The notes under the pieces: generated by a model
What the model was told of the DNA's origin: nothing
Databases searched by the model: none
Seen by the model: the letters and a program-made list of their open reading frames with translations, nothing else
Made by a program: the position numbers and the translations under genes
Part shown: in pieces, positions 1 to 10,317 of the stretch
Layout of the letters: each line of letters begins with the position of its first letter
Position numbering within the stretch: position 1 is the stretch's first letter
Assembly (NCBI GenBank): GCA_030141605.1
Contig: JAQGDQ010000137.1
Location: 1 to 64,000 of the forward strand
Direction of reading: 5' to 3'
DNA: 64,000 bases
DNA from: Tubiluchus corallicola
Taxonomy: Eukaryota > Animalia > Priapulida

Positions 1-280
1 ATATATCTATATATTTATCTATACGCTATACGTAACTTCTTTACTTCGTTCAGTTACGTATTGCTTTAAGTGTAAGTAATGTATATAATTTTCTGTTTAC
101 ATATATATATATATATATATATAAGTTTCCATTTATATTTACGTTTCAACTAGCATTTACATGTACTCATCACTAACATTATTTTTGCCGCCAAGAAGCA
201 TGGCTGTGTAAATTTTATTATTATTTAGCCAATGTATCAAGTCGGGCAAACAATTGTTTTCTGTTTACATGTAGTGCAGT

Positions 281-686
281 GCTTTTAAACTATAGTTTAA
301 ATGCTCTTATTAAACTGTAGTTTGAATGCTCTTATTAAACTGTAGTTTGAATGCTCTTATTAAACTGTAGTTTAAATGCTCTTATTAAGATGTAGTTTAA
401 ATGCTTTTATTAAGCTGCAGTTTGAATGCTCTTATTAAGCTGTAGTTTAAATGCTCTTATTAAGCTGTAGTTTGAATGCTCTTATTAAACTGCAGTTTGA
501 ATGCTCTTATTAAGCTGTAGTTTAAATGCTCTTATTAAACTATAGTTTAAATGCTTTTATTAAGCTGTAGTTTAAATGCTCTTATTAAGATGTAGTTTAA
601 ATGCTTTTATTAAACTGTAGTTTAAATGCTCTTATTAAACTATAGTTTAAATGCTTTTATTAAGCTGTAGTTTAAATGCTTTTATT
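281..686. repeat. 25-bp minisatellite (consensus ATGCTCTTATTAAACTGTAGTTTAA), about 16 copies
   Basis: Units recur at 301, 326, 351 and onward with 25-bp period. Each has a near-palindromic core (TAAACTATAGTTTA). No unique spacers. Confidence 0.9.
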
Positions 687-1196
687 GATTCTTTGTTTGA
701 TTTATTTTCATTTATTCTGACATGTATTAAACAGAAGAGTAGAAAAAAGTAAAATAGCACATAAAAAACCATATGCACAATATTTGGTCTTCACTAGCGT
801 GCCAAGGCCAGCAGCCAAGAACTTGATCCCCAAACAGTAAGCTGTCTGTTGGCCCTTACTAGAGAGTGAAGTGAACAGGATAATCAGTGAATAATCATTA
901 AAACACGATAAAATGTACCAAAGTCAGATATAAAATGCAATTAAAAATCAATTTATTAAAAAAGGTAGAAACTGTAAGAAAGCCATTGAGAATGTCCAGT
1001 GATGGTCAACTGTGGCTGTATGTCTCCCATGATGGCCTTGTGCGTAACGAAACTGTTTTTCTTTAGAAGATAATTGAAAATGTTGCTTTTAAAATCCAGT
1101 GTCTTTTTTTAATAAAAAAAAATCACATTTCTTTAAAGATTTTTTTACAGCAATTAGAAATGAAATTAGTTGATTTTTATTTTACTTTTGATGTAG

Positions 1197-4100
1197 GTAA
1201 ATGGGCAGACAAGAAGAGACCTTGTTACAGGAGCACAAGGGCGTCGTGAAGGGCAAATCCTCCGCAGAGTGTGCCGCCCTGATACACGGACGTGTGAACA
1301 GTGGGTTGATATTGAGGAAGATTGTAGTAGGTCCTGTGAGAGAGGGCCAGGTTTACTTGTAAGTATAATTAAGGTGAAAAGCGAAACCTTTTGTTAAACT
1401 TGTCACCAACTACAAGTGTCATATAAAGCTAAATAAACAAAACAATGTTTGCAGTTGTCATGATTCACAATAGTTATTTACTATTGAACAGTTCAAAAGG
1501 TTTTTTCATTACACAGTTTTACATGCATTTGATTGAATATTTCCTTTTGGATATTCAATTGCGGAATTGCTAACCACTTAAAGCTTTTCCTAGTTTACTA
1601 GCCGATTCAGTGAGGAAAAAGCAGCACAGTTAGAGTCCTATGCTTAAAAAGTGCAACATTATACAACGTTTTATACTGAAAACAGAAATTGTGTTCATAT
1701 TTTCAAAGCAAAATAAAATCATTTACTCACCTTCCAACTTCCTACCTTATCTTAAACATTCGAATTGGCCAAAATACTAAACACAGTTTGTTTAACCCAA
1801 GCATTGATGTTTTATCAAAGGAAAATGAAAGATGATGTTGTCAAATGAAAATAGAAGTACAAATTTTTTGGCAGTTTCTTTCTCAAAACTTCTCCGTGTG
1901 AGGAAATTGGTTACGGCAGGGGTTGACCCAATGATGCTTAGATAGTACGTTCAACTGTGCGTGTAGTAGGGCTATCTAGATTTCATGAGAGGCTCTTTGC
2001 TTGTTGGAGTCTGTGTGTTTTGAACCCAGATGTGTTTTTCAAAATCTCATTGGAACACAATTTACAAAATCTTCACATAGAGCTTCATCTTAAACAGTTT
2101 TGGAGGAATTTTTGTAAGCCTCTACAAAGCGGACGAAGAGTTGAAATTCAGTTTGCCTGGATTTCAGATGAGCAAGCTGAGTTCACAGGGCTTGCACAAA
2201 CTTTAATTATATGTATAAAGATTTTCACCATTCCGTCAACTTTAGAACATTCTATTTTTCAACTGCTGATTTTTTTATTCTTAATATGTTTTTTTATAGT
2301 TTCAGTCTCGTACCTGTACGTGTATACTCAGGACGACGGATGAAGTGCATAATTTTGTTCCTTTAAGTGTCTTTGATTTGTCTGCCCGGCGGCAGAGTAT
2401 ACTAAAAGCCTTGGCATGTAGAGAGAATGACTTTCGACCATTATGTGACTTCTCTTTAATAAGACGCAGAACCTGCAATGATCCGTCTTCGAGAGATTGT
2501 TTGCCGATAACCGAGGAAGAAGAACAAGAAGAGGATGAAGAGGAACAACCAATTGTAAGTGAAGAAGCTGAAGAGGATGTGGAACTTGAAGAAGAAAGCG
2601 AAGAAGTTGAAGAAGCACAAGAAGAAGAGGGTGAAGAGGAACAGCAAATTGTTAGCGAAGAAGCTGAAGAGGATGTGGAACTTGAAGAAGAAAGCGAAGA
2701 AGTTGAAGAAGCACAAGAAGAAGAGACAGAAGAGGGTGAAGAAGAACAGCAAATTGTAAGTGAAGCTGAAGAGGATGTGGAACTTGAAGAAGAAAGCGAA
2801 GAAGTTGAAGAAGCACAAGAAGAAGAAGAGACAGAAGAGGGTGAAGAGGAACAGCAAGTTGTAAGTGAAGAAGCTGAAGGGGATGTGGAACTTGAAGAAG
2901 AAAGCGAAGAAGCACAAGAAAAAGAAGAAGAGACAGAGGAGGGTGAAGAGGAACAGCAAATTGTAAGTGAAGAAGCTGAAGAGGATGTGGAACTTGAAGA
3001 AGAAAGCGAAGAAGTTGAAGAAGCACAAGAAGAAGAAGAGACAGAAGAGGGTGAAGAGGAACAGCAAATTTTAAGTGAAGAAGCTGAAGAGGATGTGGAA
3101 CTTGAAGAAGAAAGCAAAGAAGCACAAGAAGAAGAAGAAGAAGAGACAGAGGAGGGTGAAGAGGAACAGCAAATTGTAAGTGAAGAAGCTGAAGAGGATG
3201 TGGAACTTGAAGAAGAAAGCGAAGAAGTTGAAGAAGCACAAGAAGAAGAAGAGACAGAAGAGGGTGAAGAGGAACAGCAAATTTTAAGTGAAGAAGCTGA
3301 AGAGGATGTGGAACTTGAAGAAGAAAGCAAAGAAGCACAAGAAGAAGAAGAAGAGATAGAGGAGGGTGAAGAGGAACAGCAAATTGTAAGTGAAGAAGCT
3401 GAAGAGGATGTGGAACTTGAAGAAGAAAACGAAGAAGTTGAAGAAGCACAAGAAGAAGAAGAGGGTGAAGAGGAACAGCAAATTGTAAGTGAAGAAGCTG
3501 AAGAGGATGTGGAACTTGAAGAAGAAAGCAAAGAAGCACAAGAAGAAGAAGAAGAGACAGAGGAGGGTGAAGAGGAACAGCAAATTGTAAGTGAAGAAGC
3601 TGAAGAGGATGTGGAACTTGAAGAAGAAAGCAAAGAAGTTGAAGAAGCACAAGAAGAAGAAGAAGAGACAGAGGAGGGTGAAGAGGAACAGCAAATTGTA
3701 AGTGAAGCTGAAGAGGATGTGGAAGAAGAAAGCGAAGAAGTTGAAGAAGCACAAGAAGAAGAGACAGAAGAGGGTGAAGAAGAACAGCAAATTGTCAGTG
3801 AAGCTGAAGAGGATGTGGAACTTGAAGAAGAAAGCGAAGAAGTTGAAGAAGCACAAGAAGAAGAAGAGACAGAAGAGGGTGAAGAGGAACAGCAAATTGT
3901 AAGTGAAGAAGCTGAAGAGGATGTGGAACTTGAAGAAGAAAGCAAAGAAGCACAAGAAGAAGAAGAAGAGACAGAGGAGGGTGAAGAGGAACAGCAAATT
4001 CTAAGTGAAGAAGCTGAAGAGGATGTGGAACTTGAAGAAGAAAGCAAAGAAGCACAAGAAGAAGAAGAAGAGACAGAGGAGGGTGAAGAGGAACAGCAAA

Positions 4101-5494
4101 TTGTAAGTGAAGAAGCTGAAGAGGATGTGGAACTTGAAGAAGAAAGCGAAGAAGTTGAAGAAGCACAAGAAGAAGAGACAGAAGAGGGTGAAGAGGAACA
4201 GCAAATTTTAAGTGAAGCAGCTGAAGAGGATGTGGAACTTGAAGAAGAAAGCAAAGAAGCACAAGAAGAAGAAGAAGAGACAGAGGAGGGTGCAGAGGAA
4301 CAGCAAATTGTAAGTGAAGAAGCTGAAGAGGATGTGGAACTTGAAGAAGAAAGCAAAGAAGCACAAGAAGAAGAAGAAGAGACAGAGGAGGGTGAAGAGG
4401 AACAGCAAATTGTAAGTGAAGAAGCTGAAGAGGATGTGGAACTTGAAGAAGAAAGCGAAGAAGTTGAAGAAGCACAAGAAGAAGAAGAGACAGAAGAGGG
4501 TGAAGAGGAACAGCAAATTGTAAGTGAAGAAGCTGAAGAGGATGTGGAACTTGAAGAAGAAAGCGAAGAAGTTGAAGAAGCACAAGAAGAAGAAGAAGAG
4601 ACAGAGGAGGGTGAAGAGGAACAGCAAATTGTAAGTGAAGCTGAAGAGGATGTGGAACTTGAAGAAGAAAGCGAAGAAGTTGAAGAAGCACAAGAAGAAG
4701 AGATAGAAGAGGATGAAGAAGAACAGCAAATTGTAAGTGAAGCTGAAGAGGATGTGGAACTTGAAGAAGAAACCAAAGAAGTTGAAGAAGCACAAGAAGA
4801 AGAAGAAGAGACACAGGAGGGTGAAGAGGAACAGCAAATTGTAAGTGAAGCTGAAGAGGATGTGGAACTTGAAGAACAAAGTGAAGAAGTAGATGAAATA
4901 CAAGAAGAAAACGAGGAAGCAGAAGCTGAAGAGGGTGAAGAGGAACAGCAAATTGGCAGTGAAAAAGCTGAAGAGGATGTGCAACTTGAAGAACAAAACG
5001 AAGAAGTGGAAGAACAAGAAGAAAGAGAAGAGGCAGAAGAGGAACAGCAAATTGGAAGAGAAGAAGCTGAAGAGGATGTGGAATTTGAAGGAGAAAGTGA
5101 AGAAGAAGAAAGAGAAGAGGGTGAAGAGGAGCAGCAAATTGTAAGTGAAGCTGAAGAGGATGTAGAACTTGAAGAACAAAATGAAGAAGTGGAAGAAGAA
5201 CAAGAGGAAAGAGAAGAGGAAAACAAAATTGTAAATGAAGAAGCTGAAGAAAGTGTGGAACTTGAAAAACAAAATAACGAAGTGGAAGAACAAGAAGAAA
5301 GAGAAGAGGTAGAAGAAGGTGAAGAGGAACAGCAAATTGGCAGTGAAGAAACTGAAGAGGATGTGGAAGCTGAAGAACAAAGTGAAGAAGTGGAGGAAGC
5401 ACAAGAAGATGCTGGTGATGAAGAAACAGCTTTAGTCATATTAAGAACAACTACAGAAGTTTCATCAACATCAACTACAGAAGAGGTAATCTAA
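1197..5494 (+). CDS. 3' part of an uncharacterised gene: TSP1 (thrombospondin type-1)-like Cys module followed by a ~970-aa Glu-rich tandem-repeat region
   Basis: Exon 1197-1358 (tag|GTA...CTT|gtaagt) reads VNGQTRRDLVTGAQGRREGQILRRVCRPDTRTCEQWVDIEEDCSRSCERGPGLL. It joins in phase 0 to the exon starting at 2300 (FQSRTCTCILRTTDEV...LIRRRTCNDPSSRDCLP). The W..CS.SC..G..Q.R.C....RRTCN pattern is TSP1-like. The ORF stays open to TAA at 5494, with AATAAA at ~5551; an alternative donor GAG|gtaatc lies at 5486. Upstream exons were not identified. Confidence 0.72.
2513..5410 (+). repeat. Coding tandem array of about 28 units of ~100-111 bp (EEETEEGEEEQQIVSEEAEEDVELEEESEEVEEAQ)
   Basis: 28 QQIVS/QQILS/QQIGS-type units counted in the translation. 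All length differences between units are multiples of 3. The last five units are more diverged. Confidence 0.95.
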
Positions 5495-7938
5495 GTAAAA
5501 ATCAAAAAGATTAATTAGACAGTTTCCAAGGCAGCTTAAGCAACTTCATTAATAAACCTCTCTTAGGACTAAATTTGCAAACAACCAAAAATCAGTTTTA
5601 ATCAAAGGATTGGATCAATAATGAATCAAGTGGATCAACAGAGTAATCACAAATTAAAGTGGCCTTATAGATGTTACTTTTTTAGTCTTTCTGTCCTTTT
5701 TTGATTATGTAGTGCATTTTTATTTAAAACATGATGATCGTTTAGAATTCTTTGTAGTAGAATAATTATTTAATAACTAAAATCCTGTCTTCTAAGTTAT
5801 AAAAAAATCTTGTAATTAAATACAAGTGTACTGTAGTACAAAAGTCCTAACTGCACTACATGTACCGACATCTTGTGTAAGTGAACAACATTCGTTAGAC
5901 TGTTTTTGAGACTATGTCACTTTTTTTGCAATTGTCAGGTTTTTCGATTTTTCTAAGTCATTTGCATTACAATATCATAACTGCATTTATTTATTGGCAA
6001 GAACAGTTGATTTTATAATACAAACTAAAAATGTAATACATTCACATTCACCAATTTTTCAGTGTTGTGATTAGAAATGTTTTACTGTTAATGTTTCTAG
6101 TTTCACAGTGTATTTTTCGAGACAGGTAAAAAAATCCCAAGTTATTTGTAATGCTTAACAGGCATTTATTACGATGTAAATCATGGATTGTTTGAAACTG
6201 TTTGTTCAGTATTAAGTATAAATAAATTGCTTGTAGTTTTAATATAAAAACAGAGTTTGACTTTGTAATTTTGATAAAATTCTGAATGTTAAATCTTGTT
6301 CGAGCAAGCATTACAGATGCCCAAGTTATATACTTGTAATGTATTTATTACTGACTGCAATGTAAAATGCGAGCAAAGTGATAACAAAAAGTTTATTTAG
6401 GGCCTTTAGACTCGTTACTAATGTAATGAATAGGTATTTAAAAAATTGAAATACAGTAACATTTGGGTATTACCACTGTTGGAATATATTTTCTCGTAAA
6501 CAAATAATTATGGACTTTGAATTTAATATCACAAAAAACTACCCAAGGCGCAATGTTAGATAGTAACCCATTACTGTACTCAGAAAACTTTTTATAGTAA
6601 CGACTAATTTAATGGAATTACTCTACTTAGTCTTGTAGTCAGATTACTCGTTACTTTGGCAGCAATGCTGTTAAACCTGCGTGAAAGTTAACTATGACTA
6701 TCCAAGGATAACATTTTAAACTTAGGCTGTTCTGATCATTTAACCCTTTTGTTTTTCTCTGCCATTCAATACCTATTCAAGCATTGCCTATGTGTGCACC
6801 ACCTCTTTATACTGGCTGCAAGAAGCTGTTTTTAACCTTCAACAATTTTAAAGCTAACAGAAGTGCCTATTATGAAATTTAGTTCACTAAACCATGCTCC
6901 TCAATGCAGTGACAAGGTTATAGACATGTTTGCAAAAGCAAAACACAGGCCCAAGCAAAAAAGTATTTCTCAAATATTAAAAAAGAATATCTGAAAATAT
7001 TTGCAAGCTTGCTGAAATGAAAACAGATAGTTGACTTCTGTCTTGTTAAGTATTGCCACAAGTGCTAAATTTCTAACTCTTTGTACTGTGTAAAATATAG
7101 CAGTTTTCATAGACACATGGAATGAAATTTCACAAGGGGAGGAGGCAGAGAGAATTTGTCCGGGAAAGTTACCGTAACTTGTTATTTCCAAATAAGTGCA
7201 AACAATGGACCACACAATTACATAGGCTACAGACAAGTGTCTAAAAATATATATTTATAAGCCTAAGTGTTTATACTTATTTATATTTATACATATTTGT
7301 ATACGATATAAATATACAGTGTAACTCAAAATTACTTTATAGCAATTTTATGTGTATATCGTATTCGCGTTGAGAGGATTTTTTTGTTTGTTTTCATTTT
7401 AAATTTCCCGCAATACTGCTATTACATGGTGTCACATATGCACAGCATAAATCAGGGGAAGAAAAGGAAATGTTGAACTATGTCCCAAAAAACCTTCCAC
7501 GCAAAATTATATTACTTAGCATTTTGCTTGCCTGCTTGAAAGGCCTATGTAACTAGAAAGGGGAATTAATTTTTCAAAATGTTTTCACCAACTGGTAAAA
7601 TGTCGTTGACTTACCTCCAGGGTGCACCACTCTCTAACCAAAAAAACGTATTTTTAATCTTAATGACAAGATACAGTGATTTAAAATTTAACTTAGTGAC
7701 GTGTGCCTTACGAATGCTCTGATTATTTTTCAAACTTTACTCAGTGTTATCTAAACTTCTTTCAAATGACTTATAGTCAAAATGGCTGCATCTAACGGGC
7801 ATCGTGGGAGTTTAAATTTACATGTTTTATACAGCGTTACTGCTGACGCAAGCCCTGTATACAAAAAGACAGAAAGTGGTATAAAATTACAAGACAAATT
7901 TTTTAAGCAATTTACAAAAACAAACAAAGATCTCTCTT

Positions 7939-10015
7939 TTATCGTCGGTGACGATGTCTATGCCTATGTCGATGACTTCTTTCTCTATTATTATGATCAC
8001 TTTCATGCGGATGAAGGCTCAATTGCTGATTGGTAGGAAACGGCATATGTGGTGCCGTGAATGGAAATCGCTGACTAATTTGAAACATATTTTGCTGAAC
8101 AAAATTTAAAGTATTCTGTATGTCATTATAGTTTGTATTGAAAGGTGGCAGCAGTTGTCCAGGGACTCTATTCTCATTTATGCTAACGTTTCTTCTAAAC
8201 GAGTTCTCTGAGTCACTGTCACTTTTTCCACCGCTCCTTCCTCTCCTCTCATAGACTGCAGACGTGTGCAGCCTGTCTCTTGGTTGCTCATTTGTTCTGG
8301 GTTCTGCTATTTCTCTGTCAGGTCTGTTTCTATTTTGATCTTGCATATTATCTAACCCAGCTGGGAATGAAACAGATCTGTTCATCGGCCGGTGAAAGCT
8401 AGGAGATTCTCGTACTGGAGAGTTACCAGCACTACTAGGTGACTGAGGAACATATCCAGGCGGAGCCTTGCTCTTCATTACCAAATAGCGGCCGTAAAGA
8501 CGGACTCCACGGAACAGTTCAATGCTGTATGGCACTGAAACATCATGGCGAAATGTGACAAATGCAAATCCTCGACTGCTGCCATCTTTCTTAGGTACCT
8601 TGACACTCTCTAGGGGTCCAGCCTGCAAGACAGTAAGTAAGCAAGATAAAACAGTTTTTTTCTGTTTGTTTTGTTATTGCACTAGCAAAAAAGCTGCAAG
8701 TTAAAATGTAGTAATCATTGGTGGGACATATAAATGTGGATGGGTGTGGCAGAACTAGAGACTGGTTCATTATCAAAGCTACAGTATAGTCTAAGATGAG
8801 GCACTGACCCAATAGAGACGTCTTAACCATGCATTAACAAATGTTACCTTAGTTTACAATAACTGTCACTCTTTCTTTTTCGTAATGTGCTTATATGGTT
8901 CCCAAAATGTGTACTTGCAAAATTAGGCACTACTCCAAGATGTGCCTAAACTGTCGGGAGCCGAGTAAGACACTAGCCGAAGGCCAATTGTCGTACACGA
9001 GCTAGCCCAAGTAGGACTCGTCGTACATGAGTTGCCCAAGTAGGAAACTAGAGGCAGGTCATGAATTGAGTCATTAACCATAGTGGGAGCATGGTTGTCC
9101 TTGTTTATTTAATAAAATATAATTGAAAATCTCGATACACTTTAAATAATTTGTTACACATCTGATAAAATAAAAAATCTTATTCTGAGTTAGTTGAACG
9201 AGCAATATTAAATTTGCTTCGTGATTAATCTCTTTGAAGTGAAATAAGTCCATTTTTTAGGCGATTCCAACATTTGATTAAGGTATCATTTTTTTATTTT
9301 CACAAACTACTCACTTCACAGATAGATGATCTGTTAAGTTTCACGACCTCTTTGTTAAAAAATTCTCGAAGTAAAGTCAAATAAAAGAGTGAGAGAAATC
9401 GCCAGTGCTCTACTGGGGTTGCCCATGTACGCATTGGTTTTCTGCAAATTTAACGCATGCGCTGTAGTACAAGTGTCCTACTTCGGCTAGTGGTGTACTC
9501 CTACAAAACTTCTATTTGATTATTCACAGCCTATTATGATTTTTTTCAGTTAATGTAGTATTTAACGTGTATTGCTTTGCCAATGTACATTGTATGTATT
9601 TGTACAAATAAAACTGAATGGAACTGAATATTTGCTAAGTGTTGCAGACTTGTCAGTTGACAGTAATGTTAGTGCCAACTTAATGAGGAAACAATTAACC
9701 AGTAAATAGTAAAATTTGCATTTTAAACAGGATATTATTACTAATATGATGGAGGGTAGTGTTGCCACAAGTGAAGCCCTAGTGTTCTCATACAAGTTAC
9801 AACTGCTAAATTAGAATACAAAATTTTTGCTCTCGTTATTTAGGGAACTCTGTATGATTTTAGTGATAGTGATAATTTGTCAGTTCGTATTTCAAGTTTC
9901 AACTCAAGACGATTTCATCAGTAAAAACCAGACTAACCTGTAAGAAAAGTTCGTACAATAATTCCTCTGTAACATTAAAATCTAAGCTACCAACATATAA
10001 TGTCCGGGTCTCCAT
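7939..10015 (-). CDS. RBM7: RNA-binding protein 7/11-like (RRM; NEXT-complex subunit family), 2 coding exons, ~253 aa
   Basis: Exon 1, 10015-9938: METRTLYVGSLDFNVTEELLYELFLQ (RNP2). Exon 2, 8622-7939: AGPLESVKVPKKDGSSRGFAFVTFRHDVSVPYSIELFRGVRLYGR (RNP1). The intron is GT-AG, phase 0. ELFLQAGP and SVPY.I.LF.G.RLYGR are characteristic of RBM7/RBM11. Confidence 0.88.
8958..9501. mobile_element. Putative MITE in the RBM7 intron
   Basis: Imperfect inverted termini GAGTAAGACACTAGCCGAAG / CTTCGGCTAGTGGTGTACTCC. Subterminal repeats TCGTACA.GAG.T.GCCCAAGTAGGA. No TSD established. Confidence 0.45.
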
Positions 10016-10317
10016 GGTTTGGAACCATATTGTGGTAACTAGCGCCACCTGTCACATCACGTGATGTAAATATTTCGATCATGTGATCAAACAGCTGTGC
10101 TGGTGATAGTTGCTTTGTTTAGTGATTTCAATTTTTGTGTTGGTCATTTTTTGGTTTTCGACTTCCGTTGACATTAATTATTTAAAAAACGTCTTTGAGC
10201 ATTTACACATATGATGGAAGGACAGCGATAAACATTTAAAGAATGTTGGTAACTATCCGTAGTGGTATTTTTGCTGGGCTGAAGGGCAAATGCGATGTAT
10301 GAGCAGTTTTAAATAAA
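10016..10317. promoter_or_regulatory. Bidirectional promoter/5'UTR region shared by RBM7 (-) and TBCEL (+)
   Basis: Divergent start codons are ~300 bp apart. Contains a 14-bp palindrome ACATCACGTGATGT (E-box) at ~10054-10067, TCATGTGA at ~10079, and an ETS-like ACTTCCG at ~10161. Confidence 0.6.

Noticed and set aside
281-686. CRISPR-like array with palindromic repeats
   Set aside because: Units are contiguous with no unique spacers, there are no cas genes, and the context is eukaryotic.
734-836. Possible extra exon of the acidic-protein gene (cag|...|gtaagc)
   Set aside because: Its only open frame ends in phase 2, incompatible with the phase-0 exon at 1197.
2302-5439. 1045-aa Ser-rich ORF and the Leu/Phe-rich ORFs on the minus strand, plus Lys-rich ORFs in another plus frame
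   Set aside because: These are antisense or off-frame shadows of the GAA-rich repeat exon. Only the Glu frame links by splice sites to a plausible upstream exon.
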